From a bacterium (GTDB taxonomy: Bacteria > Patescibacteriota > Patescibacteriia > Patescibacteriales > JAKAJF01), in NCBI GenBank assembly GCA_021788015.1, contig JAJYLD010000001.1, positions 81,581 to 145,580 on the forward strand: DNA of 64,000 nucleotides, read 5' to 3'. A model generated the notes under the pieces. That model was not told the origin of the DNA. It was given only the letters and a program-made list of their open reading frames with translations, and searched no databases. A program made the translations under genes and the position numbers. How positions within the stretch are numbered: position 1 is the first letter of the stretch; every line of letters begins with the position of its first letter. This document shows positions 35,223 through 43,395 of this stretch, one piece after another.

Positions 35223-36824
35223 TTATGTGAACATGGGCCTATAGTATAGCGGTAGAACAGTGCATTCGCATTGCACAGACGGCGGTTCGATTCCGCCTAG
35301 GTCCACCAAATGAGAATTTTCATCAGCGAAATGCTGATTTAGCTCGTAAATTACTCCTAATTTGGCAGTTCCAAATCCTTTTTTGCGTTCATACGGGATT
35401 CCATCTGGAAAGACCAACTTTTGGAACTTCGGCTGTAAGTGCGATACAAGATCGAACCACTGCCGGCCAAGATCCTTTATGAATTTAGTGGCGTAGATGA
35501 CCGTGCCCTCAAGATCGAACTGTTCGATCCGGGCTTCGTTCACCGATATCCTCGTGGCTGTAATCTCGTTTTCTACTTCGTCCTTACGCTCCATGAATTC
35601 CTCTTTCGTATAGGACCCATCCTCTCGCATTTCATAGATGCGTTTTTTCTTTGCCTCCAGTATCTCTATTTTCTTATTCCATTTCTCAACTTCCATCTCA
35701 AATCTCTGGCCTTTGGCTTGCCAAACATCTATGGCGACTTCTTTCAGAGCGGACAAAAATTCCCCATTTGGAGTGATCCTCGCCAGATATTCAATAAACT
35801 CTCTTTCCAAATCGGCTTTCTTTATGCTTTTTCCAAATTCAGCACAGGTCTTATTCTTGCAGTGATAATAGTTATATCTGCCTCCCATGCCTCCGCGCGG
35901 TGCGCTTCCGGTCAGTGCCCGGCCACACGCGCCGCAGAGTACGGTGCGTCTTAACGGGAAATCTGGATTATACTTGTTGTACTTTGCGACGACTCGCTTT
36001 TTGCCTGACAGGATCATCAAAATTTGGTACATCTCGTTTTTGGTGATCATCGGTTTATGCAATCCTTCAACGTCTTTTTCTGTCCACGGATTGGTAATAA
36101 TGCCGGCATAAAATTTCAGATAGTTGGTTACCAATCGGCTCACCAGCTGAGGCGGTGTTTTCTTTCCGGTCAAATCTTTAAGACCCCATTCATCCAATTT
36201 TCGGGCAAGCTCGCTCTGCGAATGTAGTCCTTGGGCGAATTCTTTTAGTCCGCGTTGGATAATCGGGAAAATTTCCTCGTGTGGCGGATCGGGCTGGGTC
36301 TTTTTCTCGCCGTGTTTTTTGTTCTGAAGGCACCTGTATCCGATCGGCGGTTTCCACGGATAGATACCTTGGTTGATTCGGGCGAGCATGCCGTCACTGC
36401 ATCTCTGTTTTCTTATAGCATTATCAAACTCGGCAATGCCGGCGAGAAATGTCTCCAGCAGTTTGGCTACCGGCTCGTTTCCGATCGGTTCTGTGACTGA
36501 ATGCAGTGTTGTGCCGTATGTGGCCAGAATTTTTCTGATGGCAAAATGGTCATCGGCATTTCGGGCAAAGCGATCCACGCGCAAAACCACGAAGGCTTGG
36601 ACCTTGTCTTTGTTTTTGCGACAGAACTCAAGGGCTTCGAGGAATTTCTTTCGGTTGTTAAGGCTTAAATCTTTGGCACTTTCGCCTTCCTCTTTGAAAA
36701 CCGAAACGATCTCGATGCCTTTGTCTTGGCAGTATTTCTTGCAAAGATCCTCTTGGAATTCCAAAGAGGTTCCTTTGACCTGTTCGTCGCTTGATACTCT
36801 TGTGTAAATTATTCCTCGCATCAT
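35223..36824 (-). CDS. large serine recombinase (resolvase/invertase N-domain, recombinase domain, zinc ribbon, coiled coil)
   Basis: IIYTRVSSDEQ catalytic Ser motif; CGACGRAL...YYHCKNKTC ribbon; last 27 codons are antisense to tRNA-Ala. Confidence 0.9.
   Translation of the reverse strand: MMRGIIYTRVSSDEQVKGTSLEFQEDLCKKYCQDKGIEIVSVFKEEGESAKDLSLNNRKKFLEALEFCRKNKDKVQAFVVLRVDRFARNADDHFAIRKILATYGTTLHSVTEPIGNEPVAKLLETFLAGIAEFDNAIRKQRCSDGMLARINQGIYPWKPPIGYRCLQNKKHGEKKTQPDPPHEEIFPIIQRGLKEFAQGLHSQSELARKLDEWGLKDLTGKKTPPQLVSRLVTNYLKFYAGIITNPWTEKDVEGLHKPMITKNEMYQILMILSGKKRVVAKYNKYNPDFPLRRTVLCGACGRALTGSAPRGGMGGRYNYYHCKNKTCAEFGKSIKKADLEREFIEYLARITPNGEFLSALKEVAIDVWQAKGQRFEMEVEKWNKKIEILEAKKKRIYEMREDGSYTKEEFMERKDEVENEITATRISVNEARIEQFDLEGTVIYATKFIKDLGRQWFDLVSHLQPKFQKLVFPDGIPYERKKGFGTAKLGVIYELNQHFADENSHLVDLGGIEPPSVQCECTVLPLYYRPMFT
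35235..35308 (+). tRNA. tRNA-Ala (anticodon CGC), CCA encoded
   Basis: Acceptor GGGCCTA/TAGGTCC with G3:U70, anticodon stem GTGCA/TGCAC, loop TTCGCAT, T-arm GGCGG-TTCGATT-CCGCC. Confidence 0.85.
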
Positions 36825-36923
36825 ATTTTTGGCATAGATTTCTCAACACACAACATACGCTTTTTTGGGCAACAAGCTAAGCGGTAGTTGCCCACAGTTC
36901 TCAAACTTTTGCTGATTTGCACT

Positions 36924-36952
36924 ATTTATCTCCATTTATCTCTATTTATTTT
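36924..36952. promoter_or_regulatory. iteron/operator-like 10-bp-period repeats upstream of the recombinase gene
   Basis: atttatctc-c-atttatctc-t-atttatttt; hairpin gggcaac...gttgccc nearby (about 36866-36892). Confidence 0.4.
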
Positions 36953-37041
36953 CTTCAAACGCAGGGTTTTGTTGGATTTTATCGGGTTTAAACATTGATC
37001 TTTTTCACCGTTTTCCAGCAATTAATTGTAAATAACTGTAA

Positions 37042-37626
37042 TCATTGATTAGGATTCGGGTTCTCTTTCGGCGCAGACTTTTTTGGATTGGTTTTCCCGA
37101 TCTCGATCCAGTTATAAATCATCTCGGCAGTTTCTTTCGGATACTGGTTTCTGGATAGGCGCAGTTTGATTTCGTAAGGGATAAGATTCCAGCGTTCTTG
37201 GAACGACATTTCGGATATTCGCATCTCGTTAAAGTTTATATTTTCTTTTGGCTTGCCTTCGACCCTGTCCAATATTTCCTTGATCGCGGCCAGCTTCACA
37301 GCATCGTCGGAACTACCCATAAGAGCCACAAGCATTTCGTTGGCCAGGCGGAAATTTTCCTCACGGACCCTGGCACCGGCTTTTCGGACGATCTCCATTG
37401 TTTCGGCATGAATCTGATCCATTTCGTTTTCATAAACGCAATATGCCTTATAAAGCCGGCCGTCCTCTTTGAACCAGTCTTTGATGGTTTGCTGGCTGAA
37501 TTTCGCAGGTCTACTTTTCGGGCACTTATTATTCAGGCCGTCGGCAATATTTTGATAGGAATATCCTTTATATTTCAGCTCAAACGCCAGCTTATGATAT
37601 GAGGATAGATGTTTTATATCTGCCAT
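37042..37626 (-). CDS. HTH DNA-binding protein (small-terminase-like or sigma-like, tentative)
   Basis: 194 aa; GYSYQNIADGL HTH-like segment; ...AVKLAAIKEILDRVEGKP helical region. Confidence 0.45.
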   Translation of the reverse strand: MADIKHLSSYHKLAFELKYKGYSYQNIADGLNNKCPKSRPAKFSQQTIKDWFKEDGRLYKAYCVYENEMDQIHAETMEIVRKAGARVREENFRLANEMLVALMGSSDDAVKLAAIKEILDRVEGKPKENINFNEMRISEMSFQERWNLIPYEIKLRLSRNQYPKETAEMIYNWIEIGKTNPKKSAPKENPNPNQ

Positions 37627-37637
37627 AAAAAGTAGAG

Positions 37638-37838
37638 TTAAGTAGACTTTTTCTTTTGGCCATCGACCACGATTACAGTCGGTTGTTCGGTCAATTTCTT
37701 AATGATGAAATTAGTCGCCGACATTCTGATCGTCTTATCTTTGCTGTTCAATAGCGATATCAGTGTCCTGGCCGCTTTAGTCAGATTTTTCTTGAATATC
37801 GCTTCCGCTTTTTCTTTTGGTGTCTTTTGTTTGCTCAT
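37638..37838 (-). CDS. hypothetical small protein
   Basis: 66 aa, 4-11 nt from neighbours in the same operon. Confidence 0.45.
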   Translation of the reverse strand: MSKQKTPKEKAEAIFKKNLTKAARTLISLLNSKDKTIRMSATNFIIKKLTEQPTVIVVDGQKKKST

Positions 37839-37842
37839 AGGT

Positions 37843-38622
37843 TTATTGGTTAAGGTTTAATAATGAATTGAAATACGCACCCCGTTTTCTGATTTTATGT
37901 TCTGGTTGGTCTCTGACGGATCGATATGCTTCCTCAATTCTTGGGAGTCCGAATTTTCTTAAAGCTGACAAAATGAAAGTCATATCTTTTTCTCCCAGCT
38001 CTTGGGCGATTTCCCAGCATCGCTGTTCCTCGTAAGACTTGGGAACAAATCCTCTTACCGGTCGTCGACCTGTCGATCGGTTATTTTTATTTTCATTCTC
38101 GTTATCGTTATTGGAACTTCTGCCGTTTTGATTTTCCGAAGTGAAAGAAAACCTTTCTACCAAAGCATTTTTATCGTCTTTCAACTTCTGCCGAACCTCG
38201 CTTACTTCTGCCGGCACTTCTGCCACAGTTTGTCCTGATGTATCACTTTCACTTCTGCTAGACTTCTGCTGAAGCCGAGTCTCAAGGTTTACAAAACCAC
38301 CGTCAGATAAGGGATAATTGCTAATATCAACATGGAATGAACTTCTGCGACCTTGCTGTACGGCAAACCATACCCACTTCTTACGCTTAAGGTTTAACAT
38401 CAGCCGGTTGATCATGTTCTTGGAGTATTTTTCCTTGAAGTCTTTGGATAATCCGGCGTAGCTAACCTGGGACCGGCCGTTTCGTGGGTTAGCATTGAGC
38501 CAGAGCCAAACCAGTAAGGCATATTCCTCAAACCGCAAATGACCGTCGACAAGGGCGGTCTTGATGCTTCGAGGAAGCTTTACGTAATCGTTATTGTCTA
38601 TTTTGAATGGTAGATTTTCCAT
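37843..38622 (-). CDS. winged-helix replication/DNA-binding-like protein
   Basis: 259 aa; N-terminal wHTH-like region (YALLVWLWLNANPRNGRSQVSYAGLSKDF), Asn/Ser-rich linker, C-terminal helical domain. Confidence 0.5.
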   Translation of the reverse strand: MENLPFKIDNNDYVKLPRSIKTALVDGHLRFEEYALLVWLWLNANPRNGRSQVSYAGLSKDFKEKYSKNMINRLMLNLKRKKWVWFAVQQGRRSSFHVDISNYPLSDGGFVNLETRLQQKSSRSESDTSGQTVAEVPAEVSEVRQKLKDDKNALVERFSFTSENQNGRSSNNDNENENKNNRSTGRRPVRGFVPKSYEEQRCWEIAQELGEKDMTFILSALRKFGLPRIEEAYRSVRDQPEHKIRKRGAYFNSLLNLNQ

Positions 38623-38644
38623 ATTTCATATTCATTGGACCGGC

Positions 38645-38911
38645 TTACTCTACGGCATCGTTGTACATGAGCGATTTAAGTTCCTTGATCGCTGTCACAA
38701 ATGCCCGGGCATTAACCTCGACCAAGCCGGCAAAGTACGCGCTTACCAGCTGTGGCCGGTTGGGCTGATCGGCGAAAATGAAACGATACCGGCGTGAGTC
38801 GGCTTTGTTTATGCCAAAGAGCTGAAATCCCTTGGCCGAGAGGAAAGCGGCCGCGTAGAAGTCGCTTGTAGCGAAGTTATTGTTGTTGTCCGGTTGGTTT
38901 TTCATGTTCAT
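38645..38911 (-). CDS. DUF5659-like small protein (from memory)
   Basis: TSDFYAAAFLSAKGFQL...SRRYRFIF...LVEVNARAF pattern; start ambiguous. Confidence 0.45.
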   Translation of the reverse strand: MNMKNQPDNNNNFATSDFYAAAFLSAKGFQLFGINKADSRRYRFIFADQPNRPQLVSAYFAGLVEVNARAFVTAIKELKSLMYNDAVE

Positions 38912-39092
38912 TTTGATTGTTATTTTTATTCTCCTGCGTTTCGCTCTTGGCTTTGATGCGTTCAGCCTGCCATTGCTCAAACATAAGTTCGGCCAGCATG
39001 TACAGGCCGTCCCGGATTTCCTCGACCTCTTGGTCGGAGAGTTTCGGATTATTGATTAATTGTTTTACTCGCTCGACACTTAACATATGCAT
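38877..39092 (-). CDS. hypothetical small protein
   Basis: 71 aa, helical, Gln/Asn-rich tail. Confidence 0.45.
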   Translation of the reverse strand: MHMLSVERVKQLINNPKLSDQEVEEIRDGLYMLAELMFEQWQAERIKAKSETQENKNNNQNEHEKPTGQQQ

Positions 39093-39147
39093 TCATCGTA
39101 GCGAGCGAGCCACTATGCCTTAAATAGTCCGCGGAGAAATTTTGGCA

Positions 39148-39174
39148 AACAAAAAACGCTCATTTTGTGAGCGT
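39148..39174 (-). terminator. rho-independent terminator (minus strand)
   Basis: Minus-strand acgctca-caaaa-tgagcgt followed by T6. Confidence 0.8.
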
Positions 39175-39213
39175 GTTGCCAAAGTTATTAACACTACTTG
39201 AGGACTACGAGCG

Positions 39214-39897
39214 TCACTTCAAAAAAATTCTATACTTTGGGTTAATGCGATAGCCGTCAGTACGACGACCTTCGATAAGTTTTACGATTTTCAAATCGTG
39301 TTTGGCTTTAGCGTTTATTTTCATAATCGCTGAACGGATTGATGAGTCGCTATTAGCACCGGTTGCCGTGCGTATATCTGGTGTAGCCTGATATCCTTTG
39401 CCAATCAGGTATTTAATAATCTGATGACGGGATTGTTCTTTGCCCATCGGGTAGCAGTATTTACTTTTCGGTTCACGATATAAATCGGCCTCGGCCGACA
39501 AGTGGAGGATTGTCTGGTTTAATTCAACTGGTTTGGTTTTGCCTTGAGAAAAATATTCGGCAAAAGAAATTGCGGCTACTTTGGCAAATGTGTTTATAAA
39601 ATGCTGGTCATATTCAGTTAATCCTTCAAATTTGCTGGTTCGGCGTTCCAAGAGGGACCGGATGCTCTTTACCTCAAGCTTTGTTTCAATAATCTCTTTC
39701 GTTAGAAGTCCGATCGCCGGCTGATTGCGTTTTATGATTTGATCACTATCAGATATGCCTACCGATTTCATCGATGACCGCAAAATCTTTTCGGTAGTTG
39801 CGATGGATAATTGATAAGTCGATATCAAGCTTACCGGTTTTCTTATATTAAATTTGTATTTAGTGGCCAGCCCGGCCTTTTTCATTTTCATACTCAT
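39214..39897 (-). CDS. hypothetical protein with C-terminal OmpR-like winged-helix
   Basis: 227 aa; ...SSIRSAIMKINAKAK...IEGRRTDGYRINPKY resembles the wHTH recognition wing. Confidence 0.5.
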   Translation of the reverse strand: MSMKMKKAGLATKYKFNIRKPVSLISTYQLSIATTEKILRSSMKSVGISDSDQIIKRNQPAIGLLTKEIIETKLEVKSIRSLLERRTSKFEGLTEYDQHFINTFAKVAAISFAEYFSQGKTKPVELNQTILHLSAEADLYREPKSKYCYPMGKEQSRHQIIKYLIGKGYQATPDIRTATGANSDSSIRSAIMKINAKAKHDLKIVKLIEGRRTDGYRINPKYRIFLK

Positions 39898-39940
39898 TTT
39901 GGTGAATAAGACCCATTTTATAGCTCAAATTCACTAATTT

Positions 39941-39984
39941 CCGGGCTATAGCCCGGTTGCTTGTATTTTCCTTTTATGTATAAT
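39941..39984 (+). promoter_or_regulatory. 16-bp perfect palindrome abutting a strong sigma70-like promoter
   Basis: ccgggctatagcccgg (39941-39956), then TTGCTT-16 nt-TATAAT (39957-39984), 55 nt upstream of the plus-strand gene train. Confidence 0.55.
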
Positions 39985-40039
39985 ATAATACTTGTAATAA
40001 ACAAAAAGGGCAAATAATGATTAATACACCTAAAATACT

Positions 40040-41311
40040 ATGCAAAAAGGCCTAATAAAAGAAGTAATAAGCAAGCAAAGCCAGGAAAAAGAAGTCCTGT
40101 CCCGTTTGGATTACGTGGAGAGAACTAAGGCGGTTCAAGCCCCTGAATGGATGTCCTCGCCTTTGGTTAAGGTTGTGCTAGGACCGAGACGCGCCGGTAA
40201 GTCGGTATTTTCCCTCATGTTGCTCAAGGGCAAGCCTTTTCTCTATTTTAATTTTGACGATCCGGCATTGGTTGGAGAAAAATTGGATTTGTATGAGCTT
40301 GTCGACGAACTGCATAAATTCTACGGAGACACGAAATTTGTTTTGTTCGACGAAATACAAAATCTTAAGGGCTGGGAGTTGTTTGCAAACCGTCTGCATC
40401 GCCAGGGCTACAATCTTGTTTTGACTGGTTCAAATGCCAATCTTTTGTCGATGGAACTCGCGACCCATTTGACCGGCCGGCATTTGCCGATAGAAATACT
40501 GCCGTTTGATTTTCAGGAATTTTTGAAGGCTAAGAATTTTTCCCAGCTCGATCAGAAATCGGAACTTTTGAAATTACTGGATCAGTACATGGCGTTCGGC
40601 GGTTTTCCGGAAGTGGTTATAAAAAATCAGCATCCGCGTGGATATTTGGATGTGCTATTTGATGCATTGCTTTTCAAGGATGTCGTGAAGCGACACAAGG
40701 TTCGTTTTTCCGAACAAATAGACCAGCTTGGTTCGTATCTGATAAACAATGTTTCCAATCAATACAGTTTTCGCAAACTTGCTAACGTTTTGAAATTTAA
40801 GAGCAATGTGACACTTGAACGGTATCTGAAATATCTCGAAGAAGCGTATGTTGTTTTTTCTCTTTCCGGCTTTTCTGCCAAGGCCGGCGAACGTCTCCGA
40901 TCGCCTAAAAAGATTTATACCGTAGACAACGGCTTCGTTGCTTCCAAAGCCGTTCAACATTCTCCTGACAATGGAAAGCTTATGGAGAACTTGGTATTCA
41001 CAGAACTGGTAAAAAGAGGATTTGAACCGAATCGAGAATTATTCTATTACAAAACTCGCAACGGCAAGGAGGTTGATTTCGCTATTCGCAATGGCTACGA
41101 GACCTCCGAACTTATTCAGGTCTGCTACGATTTGAGAAATTCCGATGTTGAGCAGAGAGAAATAAAGGCATTAACCGAGGCCTCCGATGAACTAAAAGTT
41201 TCCAATTTGACGATACTGACATGGGACGATGAGCGGGAGGTAAAGAAAGACGGGAAAACCATACAATTCAAACCGCTCTGGAAGTGGCTTCTTGATAAAA
41301 ATCAAAAGTAA
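40040..41311 (+). CDS. AAA+ ATPase of the AAA_14/DUF4143 (COG1373) type
   Basis: Walker A GPRRAGKS, Walker B VLFDEIQ, C-terminal GKEVDFAI...ELIQVCY block. Confidence 0.8.
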   Translation: MQKGLIKEVISKQSQEKEVLSRLDYVERTKAVQAPEWMSSPLVKVVLGPRRAGKSVFSLMLLKGKPFLYFNFDDPALVGEKLDLYELVDELHKFYGDTKFVLFDEIQNLKGWELFANRLHRQGYNLVLTGSNANLLSMELATHLTGRHLPIEILPFDFQEFLKAKNFSQLDQKSELLKLLDQYMAFGGFPEVVIKNQHPRGYLDVLFDALLFKDVVKRHKVRFSEQIDQLGSYLINNVSNQYSFRKLANVLKFKSNVTLERYLKYLEEAYVVFSLSGFSAKAGERLRSPKKIYTVDNGFVASKAVQHSPDNGKLMENLVFTELVKRGFEPNRELFYYKTRNGKEVDFAIRNGYETSELIQVCYDLRNSDVEQREIKALTEASDELKVSNLTILTWDDEREVKKDGKTIQFKPLWKWLLDKNQK

Positions 41312-41316
41312 ATTAT

Positions 41317-41775
41317 ATGTCGCAGGAAATCGCCATCAAAAACTTAATATTCGTAGATTGCGAAGGGCACGGGCCGGCGCCAACATTGAACGATCCGGTT
41401 GGTTTTGAGTTTGGCGCAGTCGCTTATCCATCACGGCAGACATTCCACGGGACCGGCGCAACCAAAGAAACATTCGAGAATTTTGACAAATGGATTGCAT
41501 CAGTGATTGAACAAGGATTCAGACCGCTATTTGTCAGCGACAACCCGGCTTACGACTGGCAATTTATTAATTATTACTTCCATTCGTTCCTCGGCAAAAA
41601 TCCCTTCGGTCATTCCGCAAGGCGGATCGGTGATTTTTATGCTGGCCTTGTCGGGGACTTTACCGATGCAAGCTCTTGGAAAAAACTGCGAATCACCGCG
41701 CATGATCACAATCCGGTTCACGATGCCATGGGCAATCTCGAAGCATTCGAGAGAATATTAAATGGAGAAAGATAA
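41317..41775 (+). CDS. DEDDh-type 3'-5' exonuclease
   Basis: FVDCEGHG (DxE), SDNPAYDWQF (D), HNPVHDAMGN (Hx4D); 152 aa; 5-nt gap after the ATPase. Confidence 0.7.
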   Translation: MSQEIAIKNLIFVDCEGHGPAPTLNDPVGFEFGAVAYPSRQTFHGTGATKETFENFDKWIASVIEQGFRPLFVSDNPAYDWQFINYYFHSFLGKNPFGHSARRIGDFYAGLVGDFTDASSWKKLRITAHDHNPVHDAMGNLEAFERILNGER

Positions 41776-41786
41776 ATAATAAATTT

Positions 41787-43391
41787 ATGCCAAAGGAAAT
41801 CGCCAATAAAACCAAAGATGTAAGCATAAGTATGACCAAAGAGCAGGAGCGCACGGAGTTGCATCGTGCTATTTGGCAGATTGCAAATGATTTGCGTGGA
41901 AGTGTTGACGGGTGGGATTTCAAGTCATATGTGCTCGGTATGCTTTTCTATCGCTTCATCAGTGAGAACTTAACTAACTACATCAATACCGACGAACGAC
42001 GAGCCGGTAAAAAGGATTTTGATTACGCTAGGCTTTCAGACAAAGAGGCTGAATTCGGCCGAACGGACACAGTAAAAGAGAAAGGTTTTTATATTCTCCC
42101 AAGCGAGCTTTTTGTAAATGTAAGAAATAAAGCTCGCAATGATGCCAATCTTAACGAAACTCTGAATACTGTTTTTAGAAATATTGAAAACTCGGCAAAA
42201 GGGGCAAACAGTGAGGATGATTTGAAGGGCTTATTTGATGATTTAGACGTGAATTCGAACAAGCTTGGCAGTACAGTGGAGAAAAGAAATCAAAAACTGG
42301 TTAAACTCCTTGAAGCAATCGGCGATCTGCGACTTGGCAATTATTCAGACAATACGATTGATGCGTTCGGCGATGCGTATGAATTCTTGATGACCATGTA
42401 CGCTTCAAACGCCGGAAAGTCTGGCGGTGAATTCTATACTCCCCAGGAGGTCAGTGAACTTTTGGCTCGAATCGCTACTGTTGGTAAAAAAGAAGTTAAC
42501 AAAGTTTATGATCCAGCCTGTGGTTCCGGTTCGCTTCTTTTGAAATTCGCCAAAGTTCTCGGCAAAGAAAACGTACGATTGGGTTTCTATGGACAGGAAA
42601 TAAATATAACCACTTATAACCTGTGCCGTATCAACATGTTTTTGCACGATATCAATTACAATCATTTTGATATTGAGCATGGCGACACGTTGACGGACCC
42701 GAAACATTGGGACGACGAACCTTTCGACGCCATTGTCTCCAATCCTCCCTATTCAATCCGCTGGGATGGCGACGGCAATCCGTTATTAATAAACGATCCT
42801 CGTTTTTCACCGGCCGGAGTGCTGGCCCCCAAGAGCAAGGCAGATTTGGCTTTCACCATGCATATGCTCGCTTGGCTCTCTACGAGCGGGACGTCCGTCA
42901 TAGTTGAATTTCCGGGAGTTCTTTATCGTGGCGGTGCCGAGCAAAAGATTCGCAAATATTTGATAGACAATAACTATATTGATGCGGTCATCCAGCTACC
43001 GCCCGATCTTTTCTTTGGCACAACAATCGCGACTTGCATTATTGTTCTTAAAAAGAGCAAAAAAGACAACAAGACCTTATTCATTGATGCCTCCGCCGAA
43101 TTTGTGCGAGGTGGGAACAAGAATAAATTGACTGAAGCCAATCGATCCAAGATTTTGGAGGCTTTTTCCGCACGAAAGGACGCAGAGCACTTTGCAAAAC
43201 TAATTGAAAACAAAGCTATTGCCCAAAATGACTACAATATTGCCGTTTCGAGTTATGTGGAAGGAGAAGATACGCGTGAAGCAGTTGATATCACCGAGCT
43301 CAATGCCCGAATAAAGGTTCTTGTTGCTCGGCAACAAGAACTCCGTACCGCGATCGATCAAATCGTGGCGGATATCGAGGGCAATAAATAA
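41787..43391 (+). CDS. hsdM: type I restriction-modification methyltransferase subunit
   Basis: Motif I YDPACGSGSLL, motif IV IVSNPPYSIRW, N-terminal HsdM-type helical domain. Confidence 0.95.
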   Translation: MPKEIANKTKDVSISMTKEQERTELHRAIWQIANDLRGSVDGWDFKSYVLGMLFYRFISENLTNYINTDERRAGKKDFDYARLSDKEAEFGRTDTVKEKGFYILPSELFVNVRNKARNDANLNETLNTVFRNIENSAKGANSEDDLKGLFDDLDVNSNKLGSTVEKRNQKLVKLLEAIGDLRLGNYSDNTIDAFGDAYEFLMTMYASNAGKSGGEFYTPQEVSELLARIATVGKKEVNKVYDPACGSGSLLLKFAKVLGKENVRLGFYGQEINITTYNLCRINMFLHDINYNHFDIEHGDTLTDPKHWDDEPFDAIVSNPPYSIRWDGDGNPLLINDPRFSPAGVLAPKSKADLAFTMHMLAWLSTSGTSVIVEFPGVLYRGGAEQKIRKYLIDNNYIDAVIQLPPDLFFGTTIATCIIVLKKSKKDNKTLFIDASAEFVRGGNKNKLTEANRSKILEAFSARKDAEHFAKLIENKAIAQNDYNIAVSSYVEGEDTREAVDITELNARIKVLVARQQELRTAIDQIVADIEGNK

Positions 43392-43395
43392 AGTT

